64,000 nt of DNA. Origin: Camelus dromedarius. Taxonomy: Eukaryota. The DNA is taken from positions 103,356,001 through 103,420,000 of the forward strand of contig NC_087436.1 in the NCBI RefSeq assembly GCF_036321535.1. The letters run 5' to 3'. The stretch's first letter is position 1; every line of letters starts with the position of its first letter. A program made the translations under genes and the position numbers. Below are positions 51,318 to 64,000 of this stretch, in pieces. The notes beneath the pieces are model-generated. The model saw only the letters and a program-made list of their open reading frames with translations, was not told where the DNA came from and did no database searches.

Positions 51318-51452
51318 AAGGGGAGGTATAGCTCAAGTGGTAGAGCACATGTTTAGCATATACAAGGTCCCGGTTTCAATCCCCAGTACCTCCTCTAAAA
51401 ATAAACAAATGAGTAAACCTAATTATGTCCCCACCCAAATATTTTTTTAAAA
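51318..51452 (+). mobile_element. tRNA-Ala-derived camelid-type SINE, copy 2
   Basis: ggggaggtatagctcaagtggtagagc...tttcaatccccagtacctcc...taaacctaatta; TSD agaatccattgca/agaatctattaca (51305-51317 / 51453-51465). Inserted in an antisense L2. Confidence 0.85.
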
Positions 51453-51744
51453 AGAATCTATTACAGTAATAGTTGAGGTAAAAGGAAGTGAAGAGCTGAT
51501 CTAATAGACAAGTAAACAGTAAGCATGGGAAGAGGGAGAACTGATTGTTGAGGCTGTGTAAGAAATGGGGAGGATTTGGAATGACTGGTGGATTGTGACT
51601 ACTAATCTAGATAAGGAACATGGGGAGAAGAGTGCATTTAAAAGGGTAAATGTAATAAAGCAATTTTCACATCTATAAAAGATAAGGTGAGTGACGAGAT
51701 TTCTCTTGGAAGAGGTTATTTAGGTAGAAGAAGGTCAAAGGCAG

Positions 51745-52169
51745 TGTGCTTGTTAACTTTATGTGTTAACCTGATAGAGCCACAGGTGCCTCGATATTTG
51801 GTGAGACGTTATTCTGGATGTGTTGGTGAGGATGTTTTGGGTGAGATGAACATTTGAGTTGGTAGACTGAATAAAGCTGATCATTCTCCCTCGGGTGGGG
51901 GATCCTCATCTAATCGGTTGAAGGCCTGAACAGAATAAAAAGGCTAACTCTCTTGCAAGTATGAGGGAATTCCTCCTACCTGATGGCATGAGCTGAGATA
52001 TCAGTCTTTCCCTACTTTTAAACTTGAATTGAAACATCAAATCTTGGATCTCAAGTCTGCCACCAACTTTTGGAGTGCAAATACATCATCGGCTCCTCTG
52101 GGTCTCCAGCTTGCCTATCTTAGGTCTTGGGACTTCTCAGTCTCCATAATCACTTGAACCAAGTTCTTA
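51745..52169 (+). mobile_element. MLT2B-like ERVL LTR
   Basis: tgtgcttgttaactttatgtg...ttattctggatgtg...gttgaaggcctgaacagaataaaaagg...gggacttctcagtctccataatc. Confidence 0.9.
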
Positions 52170-52184
52170 AAAAAAAAAAAAATA

Positions 52185-52326
52185 GGGGAGAGAGTATAGC
52201 TCAGTGGTAAAGCACATGCTTAGCATGCACAAGATCCTGGGTTCAATCCCCAGTACCTCCACTAAGAAAGAAAGAAAGAAATTTAATTACCTACCCTCCC
52301 CAAATTAAAAATAAATAATAAATAAA
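52185..52326 (+). mobile_element. tRNA-Ala-derived camelid-type SINE, copy 3
   Basis: A box tagctcagtgg, gcttagcatgc, B box gggttcaatccc, cagtacctcca, then A-rich/C-rich tail; inserted in an A tract. Confidence 0.85.
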
Positions 52327-52352
52327 GTCACAGTATTTCTAAATATATATGT

Positions 52353-52353
<1 letters not shown>

Positions 52354-52389
<36 letters not shown>
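52354..52389. repeat. (CA)18 microsatellite
   Basis: Perfect run seen directly. Confidence 0.95.
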
Positions 52390-52392
<3 letters not shown>

Positions 52393-54688
52393 GTCTGGTC
52401 TTACCCTTTTCCTGTATGCCACTTCCTTTCTCATATACACAAACTATTTCTTTTATGATCTAAAATATTCTATCAACTCAGAGTTACTTAAGTTTAGGTT
52501 TATTGTTAATATGATTGAAAGTAATTGTAAATATCTGAAAATACTCAGCAAGTGTAAATATGAAGTTTACAGTGAATGTCGAATCAATAAAAGGACAAAT
52601 GAGTCAATAACAAATTGAATACACATTTCTGTATCAAGGAAAAGTCAGGTATGTCTGCTTGAATCCAACCATTAGATCATTCTAAGCCTGTTACAAATGA
52701 AGTAATCCTCAAGAAAAAAAATAAGTCACAGTTTCATTAGGAATAAAGCTCCAATCAAAGAAATAACAAAGGGAAGTGAGAAGGAATTTGAGGGGAAATA
52801 TAAACAAAGTCATCAGTCATTTAAGAAGGGTAAGTTGAAGTTGACAGACTTCAGGTAGAAAAATCAACCTGTTGCTTGAAACAGCGGGGGACAAAGGGAA
52901 AGAGAAGCCAGCAAAGAATAATTAGATGTTAACTGCACGTGAGCAAAGTACACTCTGGTATTTTCATAAGTTTCAACTTAAGTAGCAGTCTTTGCCACTC
53001 TCTGGAATCAAAGCAATTTATCATCCATGAACAACTGCCAGTGAGAGCATCGCCAGGGACTCACGGAGGTTGTGTTTTTACCGGGCCTGGGTTTTCATAG
53101 GAAAGTATTGAATTTATCTGGACTGTGGAGAGTTGCTAAGCGCAGTGTCGAGGGAAAAGGCCCATTTTATTACCAGTGATGTTATCTGAGTTATTGTAGT
53201 CTGTCACAGTCGGGAGGAGTGGGGAAGGGAGATGCATGTAGCCGCAGTTACGACAAATGAGACTTTGGTTTTAAGGAGCCCCGTGTTACTGACCTTGTAG
53301 TGTTGACAGAGGGGGCCTAGTTCAGACCAGAAATTTGCGAGGGCCCAGAGATCACATCTTGAATCCTCACAAGCCAAAGCAAATGTGTTTTAAAACAAAC
53401 AAACAAATATATATATAAATGGTACAACTCTGTCCTTTTCTTTTAAAAATCAGATTGGAATGTGGTCCCACTGACAGCATATGTAGAGAAACACCCATGA
53501 ATCTATGGGGAGCAGTTGCGTGCGCGTCCAGAAAGCCCGCCTGCGTCCACGAGAGAAGGGGGATGTTCGGCATCTGGAGGAATCACCTGAGAAGCTCTGA
53601 AGCTGAGGGCACATTTCAGAATTTTCCAAAGGGCATATATCCAAATGCACGGCTGACTGTGATGGGGTAAAAGATCAGCATCCTTCATGAGAGTGTAATG
53701 GGCTGTCCACGCGCTCCACTGGAGCCTAATGTGACAAATGAGCGGGTTTGCACGCAGGCCTCAAAGAGGCCAGATGGAATAAAGTGACAGGGATTTATAA
53801 CACAGGAGAGAGACCGGTCTCTGGGCAGTCTCTTTTGGGGAGAAATAGGAATCAGCTTTGCTATAGTTTCTTTTCATCAGAGCGCAGCTGCAGCATCTGA
53901 CTGAGGTTCTTCTGTGGTAAGGATGTGTGTTGGGTTCTCTAGAATAAATTTCTGACTATCCACGTGCACCCAACACCCGAGACGGAACTCCACCCCCCAC
54001 CCCACCACCCTCACACACACACAACATCTTGCCAGGGCTGAGAGTCAAAAGGATTAATTTTGCCCAGAAAGGCTTTAATGGGATAGCAGCGTTAAGTGGG
54101 ATTCACTGTTTTTCAAAAATCTCTCAAAACCTAGGTTTGGAAAATAGCAAGAGAGAGCTTTGGGGCCAAAGTGAGTTCCTAAACTCAGTAAGGATTAATC
54201 TATCCTGTAATCTGAGTGTTGTAGTGCAGTCCAACCTCAGTGCCCAGAGGACAGTAAAGAGAGCAAGCAGGAGTGTGGTACAGATACACAGTATCGCTAC
54301 CCCTAACCTATACATGCCCCCCTCCATGTTTCATTATAATTCTTAAACATATAGAAAATCGAAATGATTTTATAGTAAACACAGAGACCTAAAACTAACC
54401 TACTACTGCCTACAACTAACATTTTACTACACTTGATTTACCATGTACCTGTTTATCCATCCATCATCCATCCCTCAACTTGCCCGTTAATCCAATTGTC
54501 ACTGTATTTCAGACATCAGTGCACTTTCCCCTAAATATTTACACATGGACACCATTTACAAGAGTTTGATATTTGCTGTGGATTCTTTTTTATCTTTTTG
54601 AGGTAAAATTTACATATAACAAACATTTTACATATAATAAAAATGTATGTATGTAAAATTTACATATATAACAAAAATTATATACATA

Positions 54689-54710
54689 TGTGTGTGTGTA
54701 TGTATGTGTA

Positions 54711-54760
<50 letters not shown>
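54689..54760. repeat. Compound (TG/TATG)n(TA)21 microsatellite
   Basis: Seen directly; perfect TA run 54719-54760. Confidence 0.95.
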
Positions 54761-54764
<4 letters not shown>

Positions 54765-54989
54765 CATTGAGTTTGGGCTAATTTATACACCTATGTAACA
54801 AAAATCTCTATCAAAATAAAGAACATCAGCATCATTCCAGAATGTTGCCAAATGCATCTTCTTAATCTCTGCTGCTAAGCCCGAGAGCAACCATGTTTCC
54901 ATTTTTTTTTTCCCCACAAAGATTAATTTTGCTGGTTCTAGAATTTGGTTGAAGGGAAGTCATACACATATGCTCCTTTGAGCAGGACT

Positions 54990-55494
54990 GGCAATGACAG
55001 AATAATGCCCCCCCCCCGCGCCCACCTCATGGTCCCTAGAACCTGCGCTCATGTCACGTTACATGGCGTGATGTGAAGGGGTAATTAAAGTCGTACACGG
55101 GATTATGGCTGCCAGTCAGCTGACCTTGAAATAGGGAAATTATCCTGGATTATCTGAGTGGGCACAATGTAACCACAAGAAGAAGAGGGAGGCAGAAGAG
55201 TCAAAACCAGAGAAATGGCATCTTAGGAAAGGGTTGACTGAACGTTGCTGGCTTTGAAGGTTGAAGGGGCTACAAGCCAAGGAATGTGGGAAGTTTCCAG
55301 AAGCTGAAAGAGGCAGAAAAATGAATTATTCCATAGAGCATCTAGGCACAAAAACAGCTGCTAACAGGACTGATCTTAGCCCAGGGAGACCCATTGTGGC
55401 CTTTACCTCCAGGACTGTAAGATAACACCTTTGCCTTGCTTTATGTCACAAGTATGTGGTGATTTGTTGCAGCAGCAATAGCAAACCAGTATAC
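54990..55494 (+). mobile_element. MLT1D MaLR LTR
   Basis: cagaataatgcccc...cagctgaccttgaaatagggaaattatcctggattatc...gttgctggctttgaag...agccaaggaatgtggg...ttgcagcagcaatagcaaac. Confidence 0.9.
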
Positions 55495-56709
55495 TTTTTT
55501 TTTTTCACTCAATATAATGTTTCTGAGTTTCATCCATATAATTATATTTATGCTTGTCTCTTCATTCCATTTTATCCAAGCTCCTGTTGATGGACACCTG
55601 TTTCCAGTTGTAGACTGTCATTATTGGGTCACAAATCTATGTGTTTTTTAAAGCCCTACCACTTGATGTGTTTGAGGATTCGCTATCCGTGACCTGCCTT
55701 CACAGTGAGCAGCATCTGAGCTGGCCAGGGAAGGCACGAGTTGGGGATGCTTAGGGAGGAAGAAATACTTAATGTTAATCTGGTTCTGAACCTTTGCCAA
55801 GCTCTGGTAGAGTATGTCAAGATTCAAGGAGGGCAGGAGCCCGCCTCACATGGCGCAGGCTGTGGGGACCTCAGCATTCTGAAGTGTCTGCTTTCCTCCA
55901 TATGCTCAGAGGAAATCAGCCAGCTCCACTGTGTCTTATCCCCAGGAATGCCTTCAAATAATAACAACAATGATAGTAGCACTACTACTAATGATAATGG
56001 ATAATTCTCTGTTGCAGTAACACCTGAATCAGTACAAGCTGAGTCCAGATTGTTAAGCTCTCAGCCTTAGTCTGCTCATCTGTAAAATGAAGATAAAACT
56101 ATCCCAATTTACACAGTTATTCTGGGGAGTAATGTGATAACATAAACAAAAGAGACATATTTAATAAGCATAAAAAGCTGCTAATGCCTTAATTTCCTTA
56201 AACTCATAAAGACAATCCTCACGTCTTCTGTTCCTAGAAAAGTATTTTACAGAAACATCAAAGTCAGGGAATATATTTATTAACTCAACTGGGCATAGAC
56301 CAAGCCCTAGATCTGCCTAGGACTTGAAGGATTTATTCCACAAGGCTCAAGGCGTCTAGTGCAGAAGGCAGAGGAGTGAAAGGGCACCTTTCCCTTGGCA
56401 CGGTTCCTATGAGAAAGGTAGGCATGGGAGTCAAAAGAGCACCTAGTCTAATCAAGGGAGAATATCAGGCAAGATTCAAGAGATATTCCTGAACCAGAAA
56501 ACGAATTGAATCAAGAATAGGCTAAGTGGAAAGGAAACTGAGGAGAGGGTACAGGAGTCAGGAAGAGCCCGTGTTGTACCCAAGGAGACACTATCACCGT
56601 TCAGATGAGCTAACACACTCCTTGCAGGTGCACACTAGCCTGGAAAAGTCAAGCTTAGACACAGGTAGGAGTAGATGATAGGGGTTTTCAAATGTTATAG
56701 GTTTTCAAG

Positions 56710-56930
56710 TCATACAAACCAAAACTGGAATCCCATTCCAATTTGGCTATCTACCAATTACCTGACCTGGAGCAAAACAAATAATGTTTTAAAGCCTCAA
56801 TATCTTCATTTGTTAAAGGAGTATGAGACTATCCAACCTACAGCAATATTGGAAGAATGAAATAAAAAAGGTTTATATAAAGCATTTAACAGAGCAGTTA
56901 TACATTCTAAGCTTTCAAACAATATAATCT
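56710..56930 (+). mobile_element. MIR SINE (another fragment at ~56040-56170)
   Basis: tgacctggagcaa...aagcctcaatatcttcatttgttaaa...tataaagcatttaacag. Confidence 0.65.
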
Positions 56931-57557
56931 TCCCATTTCTTCTCTTTTCATTTTCTCTAATATCATAAATATTCTAAAGATATGCACACTGATCCCATTC
57001 TGTGCCCAACAGGAAGTAGGCAACAAACAGCTATACCCATAAATTGGAATATGTCACTGGCTGTTAGTGATGGGGAAGACAAGAGCCCTAACAAGTTTCA
57101 CAGACGCAGTGTAACTATATTAGAATCTCAATAGTTATACTGAAGGGTTTCATTTTAGTGGCCAATTTAAGAAAAACATAAGGCTGGAGCACACAGCACA
57201 CATCTCCATCAGGCCAATTTGGGTTAAAGATTACAAAAGCACAAAGTGTTGTAAAGTAACTAATGTTCTTTTGTCTCCCCATGATCCTTGTGTTAGGAAA
57301 AGGAAAAGGAATTTCATTAACATTGAGAGGGTCCAGTGCTCCCAGGGGAAGGCCAATGACATCATAAAATATATCTATATCCCTGGGAGAGGAATAAATA
57401 CAAGTTGTGGGAAAACCACGTCCATGCTAATAAACTCGACATTCATGTACGGTATCAATAGGGATGGAACCAGGTTCTGTGAGTTTATAAACCTACACAA
57501 TTCAGGGTCTTCTCCAAGAAAACAAATAATTAAATTGCAAATCCAAAAGTAAGTATT

Positions 57558-58059
57558 TGCATTGGTTTCCTTTTGCTACTGTTATCACATTACTACCAAC
57601 TTAGTAGGTTAACACTTAGTAGGTTAACATGTTTATTATCTTAATTCTGGGGGCCAGAACCCAAAGTGTGTCTCACTGGGATAAAATCAATATGTCAGCA
57701 GGGCTGTTTTCCTTTCTGGAGGCTCTAGAGGAGACTCCATTTTCCTGCCTTTCCCAGCTTCTGAAAGGCTGCCCACATTCTTTGGCTTGAAGCCTGTTTC
57801 CCCCATCTTCAAGCAAACAATGGCTGGTTGAGTCCTTCTAACATCACATCAGGGTGACAAGGACTCTTCTGACTCCCATTTTCACTAAGGACTTTAGGAT
57901 TACATTGCACTCACCCAGTTAATCTCTCTACTTTAAGGTCAGTCGATTAGCAAAGTTAATTCCTCCTGCAACCTTAAATCTCTCTTCCCATGCGACATAT
58001 TCACAGATTCCCAGGTATTAGGATGTGAGCCTTTTTTGGAGGCTATTATTCTGCCTACA
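57558..58059 (-). mobile_element. MLT1D-like MaLR LTR
   Basis: ttctggaggctctagaggaga...ggctgcccacattctttggctt...aaggtcagtcgattagcaa...ctattattctgcctaca; internal 15-bp tandem duplication at 57599-57628. Confidence 0.9.
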
Positions 58060-59862
58060 AAAGTATAAAATGAATATTTAGAATGGGGGGAAAATCACTG
58101 ACTACTCTGAGATTCGAGTCCTTTTTCTGTGATTTCTTCTTTTTTTTTTTTTTTTTGGCAATTTATAAGTAATGTTTCCATAGAAATACTTCTCATTAAA
58201 CCTGGACTTTTCCCCCTCATCTGCAGTTCTCTACAACTCCCAACTTCCAGTATTTACAGGGCACAGGAAATGACAAACCCTAAAGCTACATTCTTTTAGC
58301 TTCATAGTTAATCTGCTCCTGAGAACTGAAAAATATCCCTGCAGATATGTTTAGTCTGAAGATACAAAAGTGCGTTATTGTAGTTCATGAATGAGATTGA
58401 CAAAAATTATTTTTGTTTCTTTTATGAAATTGATATTATTCAGTGGATACTGGCTTCTAGTATTAATAAGTAATTGAAATGTTTCCTAATTTAAGGACAA
58501 TTTTCTCTTAGTAAATATTTTCTTTATTAGTGTTTTATTACTTGATCCTTTTTCACTTACCAAATTTGGGCCATAGAATTTTTTTCCAAGATGCATCCCT
58601 TTAATCAGTTAAAGTATACACAATAGGCTACACATAAGAAAGTATATGATGTGGTATTTATATTTTAGAATATAAATCCATATTTTATGCTTGACATGGA
58701 AGAAGATGTCTCTCACCTCTAGCCCGAAAGTCCAATAAGGAGAGCATCTCTTTGTTCTACCTTTAAAAGGAAAAACTTGCATTTAGCCTGGTTACCCCTA
58801 ATGATTTTGTTTTGAATTCTTTTGTCTCATAACTGTTTTCAGGAAGTCTAGCAGTACAGTCCCTAATCTCATGGTATCGCTTTCTGACTGGAAAAGGATC
58901 AGAGCTGTGGTTCCTTTCACTGTTCTCTTTTAGGCCAGGGGAGCTAGCTTGGAAAAAAAAACTCAAAAGTCATACAGATCTTTGCTTGGGAGCAACTGTA
59001 ATCATTTCAGTTCATTTTACAAGAGGGAAATAACAGCTGCCATCTGTGAGTGTTTTCCACATGCCAGGCTAAGCATTTATGTTCCTCCTCTTGTTTGGTC
59101 ACCATAACAATACTGAAAGTAAGGTATAATTATCCATATTTTTTCTCATGAATACTTGTAAGTGGAAATAATCACTCATAGTTCTCACATCAGAAAGGCT
59201 AACTTGTCTTGGGATAGGGAGAAAGAATGTTCCTGTTTTTCAAGAAGCAGCTCCAAATCAGCAGGTGTGTTGACCTCAACCACTGTCAATAGTACCTACC
59301 GGATTAGATTTGATGAAGCACTCGCCACTACAGTTTGGAAGATAAAGTACTAGGCATTAAGCACAAGGAGTTCAACAGGGATTTGAAAATGGACCAAAGT
59401 TTAAAGTGGTTATTGCCATTATTGTTATTATTATTTGTTTCCTCTCACCTGGTTAATCGTTCTGAAGGAGAGCTGGCATTCAGAGGCTGTACAAAACTGT
59501 TTAACGTCTTGTACATTGAAGGTTGTGTTCTTAATGATGTGGAATCTAGGACACATTTTTTTTTGCTCTCCAAGTCAATATATATCAGTCTTTTGTTGAC
59601 TCTCTTTATTTCCATCCAGTCCTATAACTACCTGTAGAATGCCCCACATGCTTTTCTCCCTACCAAGGAAGAAAGCTCTGCAATAAGATATATGACTTTG
59701 GAGACATTTAGGAGGCAGACTGCCTCCTCCATCTAGATGTCGTTGTGCTGATGACTTTGTGAAAACACGGAAAAGGGGTTCCAAAACTCGGAGCTCTAAA
59801 ACGGAACCAAGATTCGGGAACTGATGATGCGTGTAGATCCCCTCGGGGATTACCCAAAGCCA

Positions 59863-59881
59863 TTCTGCCCCCTGGTGGCCA
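59863..59881 (-). promoter_or_regulatory. CTCF binding motif
   Basis: Minus strand TGGCCACCAGGGGGCAGAA; the first 15 nt are identical to the CTCF consensus TGGCCACCAGGGGGC. Lies in non-repeat DNA with locally retained CpGs. Confidence 0.7.
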
Positions 59882-61399
59882 GAGACACTTGCTACCCAAT
59901 AAAGAAAAAGAAAACGAGATAAGGGACAGGACTCGGTTCGTGAGCAAACTTGCCACTCTTTTACTTCCAAGAGGCATTTGGAAGACTCCTTAGGCCAAAA
60001 TCTCAGTGTCCCTCCCACAGGGAAAGCAGACTTCCCTATTTATCTCAAAGAGCCCAAAGCTGGCTCTTTTCAGAATGCACCAGAGAATACAACACGAGCC
60101 AGAAAGCCAGAAAGTGTCCACAGAAATCCGATACATAGATGCTGAAAAGAACCCTAGAGATCCTTATTTTACAGATGCAGAGTTTGAGGTCCTCCTAGTT
60201 AAAGTGACCAATTTAATTCAGGGAGAAGTAGAACGCACGTTTCCCCCTGGGGAAATCACGCCACAGTGCACCCTACAGAACTTTACCTTGGAGGGCATGC
60301 AGCTTAGCTTGTGCATTTGTTTCTCCTAAAACCCTGTGCCTCCGTGCAGGTGCAGAATTAATATTATGGAATAAATACTGTCTGGTGCCCTATTACATAT
60401 CTGCTATTAATTAAAAGGAGGACAATGGATAAACCACACACACAAAAAAAACACTTAGAACCTGTAGAAATAGAATCAATAGATCTAGCTGAATATAATG
60501 AGCTCAAATGCACTGGAAAAACAGAGTTGGAGGAAGTCCAAATGCAATATATTTTATGGACTTATTCTTATAATTCTATACTTAATAATATGCAATGAAG
60601 CCCTTTGTTTCCATTTAACATAAGGTTGTAAAATATTTGGCTCATAAAAGCATTAAGATGAGGAAACGAGAGGAGTGAAAAAGGAAACCCTTTGTTTTTA
60701 AAAAGCATTCTTTTGTTTTTCTCCCTGGTTGTGAATCTGTCCTCTGAACTCACTGCTGTATTTAAATTTTTTTTTATGTTCCCAAATGCCTTTCTCAAAA
60801 CTTCCCTTCATATTTAAAAACAAATGGAAAATGCTGCTTAATTCATTTTACTTTCCAGGGAGTAAAGGAAATGAAAATTAAAGGTGGTTTCGCTATTGGT
60901 AAAGAATGCTCCAATACAGAGATTTTGATGGCAATATTACAAGAACTATTGTATTTACATGTTTTCTGTTCATCTTTCTAAAACACCTCTTCTCATCTAC
61001 TTCAAATTGCAATATTCTGAAAACTGCATTTGTGGTGACCCATTATTGGTAATGCATTTAGTAAGATTAAGAAACAGCTAAAAAGCAGGCCCCAAAAAGT
61101 GCAGAATAGAGATTGGAAATGTTAATAAATCCCATTAAAGAGGGTCACATGTTTGCTATGATTGTAAGCTTTCCAAGGGTTTGAGTCATGTTTATCTTAC
61201 TTACCCACATAGTCTACTGTCTAGTAAAATGCCTGCTATATATTGGGTGCTTATTAAATATTTGCCCAATTAATTTCAAATTAATAGCAGTTTATAATTT
61301 CATGTGATCAAATTACCTCCTGTGGCCAGACTCTATCCACAGCCTTTGACCAGGAATTTCAGAGATAAACATGGATAAGCAGGGAAGGAGTAGAGGTGG

Positions 61400-61625
61400 G
61401 ATGTGTGATGGGAGCCAGACTTCATGGATTGAATTCTGGGTCATATTTTACTAACAAAGAGTCCATGGGTGATTTAATGTCTATAGGCTACAATCTGTCC
61501 TCTATAAAAATGAAGATGATACTAATCTCTGCCTCATGACTTTCAAAATTAAATTTTATCATCTCCGTGGAAAGGACTTAACAGAGTGATGCTGGGAGAG
61601 AGCACTCACCATGTGTTAACTCTCA
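61400..61625 (+). mobile_element. MIR SINE
   Basis: ggagccagact...ttgaattctggg...tctataaaaatgaagatgatacta...cttaacagagtg. Confidence 0.65.
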
Positions 61626-61639
61626 CTGACACTGTTGCA

Positions 61640-62076
61640 TGTGTTAGTTTTCTATCGCTGCTGTAACAAAGCATCTTGAATTCAGTGGCTTAAAACAACA
61701 CAAACTTTTTGTCTTCCTGTTCTGGAGGTTAGAAATCCAAAGTAAAATTTAAAGGGATGAAATCAAGTTGTCTGCAACGTTTATTCCTTCTGGAGGCTCC
61801 AAGGAAGAGAATCTATTCCTTTACCCTTTGTAGCTTCTTTTGGAGGCTGTGCATTCCATGGCTTCTACCTGCATCAGTCTTATCTCCGCCTCCACCATCA
61901 CATCACCTCCAGCTTCTTGCCATGTTCTTATAAGGACATCTTTGAGATAATATCCCGATCTCAAGATTCTTAACTTAATTATGTCTGCAAAGTACCTTTT
62001 ATTAGATAACATATTCAGAGATTATGGGAATTCAAATATTGACATCACTGGGGGCCTAATTCAGCCATATATACCA
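61640..62076 (-). mobile_element. MLT1B/C MaLR LTR
   Basis: tgtgttagttttctatcgctgctgtaacaaa...gtggcttaaaacaacacaaac...ttccttctggaggctcc...cttataaggaca...tctgcaaagtacc. Confidence 0.9.
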
Positions 62077-62640
62077 ACACGATAACAAATCCTTTATATT
62101 CAGAGACTATTAGAAACTCACAAATCTGTGAATTCACTGTAATAGTTGTTTTAGTCACAATCACCTAACTAGGGAGGTTTTGCTTGTTTGTGAGTTTTAT
62201 TTGTTTCTTCTATTTGTGTAACTGAATTTGGCAAAATCTCAGGAAATGTGGGGATTTTGGTGTGATACATGAGAGGGGAATGTCTTAGGATTTGTACTTT
62301 TTAAGCTCCATGAATTATTTTGGATTTATTCAACTTTCGTTCAATAAATATTAATGTTTTAGAAGCTGAAAAATTTAAAGTAACCACATTTTATGTTGGA
62401 AAACTAAATAAAAATTTAATAGACATGACAAATGAAATATTTTTCTTAAATTGTAAAAGTCTCCACAAATAAAATATTAAGGGGACTAGATTGAGCATGA
62501 GATGAGGAAACAAAACATAAAGACCTGCTACTGACAGAAAGAATATTTGCCACAGTTAGTCTTGCTGGTTTGTTTTGTTTGTTTATCTTAACCAACTCTG
62601 AATTTGGCACCTTTGAAAATGCTTTTTCTCCCTCACCACC

Positions 62641-62680
62641 TGTGATGGTTATTTCTATATGTCAACTTGACAAGGCCACT
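62641..62680 (+). mobile_element. MLT2 LTR 5' stub
   Basis: tgtgatggttatttctatatgtcaacttgacaaggcca matches the MLT2 5' terminus. Confidence 0.65.
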
Positions 62681-62929
62681 CTCCTCCAATTCTGTTTCAA
62701 CTGATGGGCAAACTTGATTCTGCCTAATGAGTCAGTAGAGATGAGGACATAAATTTATTCGAGGACATTTATGTCAACGTCACTTTAAGGAAAGGTGACA
62801 GTGTGCTCTCAAGATGTAAAACATTCAAGGTCATTCTATTCTCAGTTTAGTCCCTTAAAGCACTGTTCAGATGATACATCCATTCAACACATGGATGAGA
62901 AGCAGAGTCTGCTATTTACATAATGAAGA

Positions 62930-63360
62930 GGACATTGGGTAAAGGACTGAGCTGGGAGCAGGAAGACCCCTGTTCCAGTCCAATCTGATCATCCGTAAAC
63001 TTTTAGATCCTTGAAAAATGCACACAACCTTGAAATGTTTCAATATCTTCAGATGTTAAAGGTAGAATATTCTTTGGTTATTAACTGAAATCATTTTTTG
63101 TTTGGGAAGTTTATGGTTAGAACCTGATTTTAAATACAAATTCAGACACCATAACAATAACCTCAATTAAGTAAACACAGTGCTTACAATGTGCTAGACA
63201 ATGCTTAGTGTTTCCTGTGACATAGGTATTGCTACTGTCCTCATTCGATAGATGAGAAGACTGGGGCACAGAGATCTGTATCTTACCCAAGGTCACAGAT
63301 TTGCACCTTGAAGTCTGGCTCCAAGGTCCTTTGCCTCTTTCATTCTGCCACATAGTAGTA
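62930..63360. mobile_element. Two MIR fragments (+ at ~62930-63070, - at ~63150-63360)
   Basis: ggactgagctgggagcaggaagacc; agatgagaagactggggcacagaga...cttacccaaggtcacag. Confidence 0.65.
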
Positions 63361-64000
63361 TTTGTCAGACTTTGATGTAAATAAAAACAAGTAATGATCA
63401 CAAAATTTGATCACAATCATTGCCAATGTAATGCTAACATCATTTTATCTCTCCTGATGTATATAGCCCCATACTCTTATGTCTTCAGTTTAACCTGGTG
63501 TCTTTTATTCTTTTTCCTACAAGTATCTTTCTTCCCTGTTCTTTTGTCCGTCAACATATCAACAAAATTATTGTTTAAGTTTCAATTTCCTTCATGAAAA
63601 AATGACTGAGAAACCACCTTAATGACCTGAAATATGGTACAGATGCTAAATGATTACAGTCAAGGCTGGAAGTCTGTGGCGTCTACTTGAGTAGGTACTG
63701 GGCTTATGTCCATCAACTATCTTTCTTATCATCCACTGGATTAAAATCTTCTTGAGATCAGAGATGACATCTGGGTACTGAATGAATAAATGAAATCAAA
63801 GAGGACATTGCTCTCTTCATATTAAATTTTAAAAAATAGTAGCTCAGAATGTTCAAATACCCTGATCATTGTAACACACGTGAGAGGTGATCAGCTGGAA
63901 TCTGAACTTTGCACACTTACTTCTTGGAAGTGATATTTGCACAATGCCACCTCTGTCCAACCAGGAGAACTTGGAGAAGCATTGCACCTATCCCTCAGTA

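Larger units (their letters stand above)
54335..55620 (-). mobile_element. Old L1M 3' region, antisense, carrying a microsatellite and an MLT1D insertion
   Basis: cagacatcagtgcactttcccctaaatattt, gaggtaaaatttacata, cactcaatataatgtttctgagtttcatccat...cctgttgatggacacctg. Confidence 0.7.

Noticed and set aside
23979..52326. Three tRNA-Ala-like sequences as tRNA genes
   Set aside because: Stem mismatches, shared non-tRNA tails and TSDs show they are SINEs.
59575..60329. 147-aa and 107-aa ORFs near the CTCF site
   Set aside because: No recognisable homology or convincing splice context, and the second runs into a MIR fragment.
1..64000. A novel multi-gene biological system
   Set aside because: No intact coding genes, operon-like clusters or repeat-spacer arrays are present. 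The content is explained by typical mammalian repeats plus regulatory DNA.

Overview
Non-coding mammalian DNA, most likely camelid (camel/alpaca). The evidence is three tRNA-Ala-derived SINEs with a vic-1-like tail plus cetartiodactyl-type LTR/L1 ends, with no Alu, B1, Bov-tA or PRE-1 recognised. Much of the window is decayed transposable elements: L1M/HAL1, L2, L3, MIR, MaLR (MLT1) and MLT2 LTRs, hAT-Charlie elements, an LTR16/ERVL provirus remnant with Pol homology, and three solo LTRs with readable target-site duplications. I can support no intact protein-coding gene; the ORF-track entries are repeat-derived or chance ORFs. The main functional signals are a CpG island at ~11.5-12.3 kb (probable, possibly bidirectional promoter), several short exon candidates on both strands, a near-consensus CTCF site at ~59.87 kb and two repeat-free enhancer-like blocks. 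There is also an unexplained ~140-bp diverged direct repeat at ~40.1/40.7 kb. I found no convincing evidence of a new biological system. Repeat family names come from remembered consensus sequences, and boundaries are approximate unless a TSD is given.
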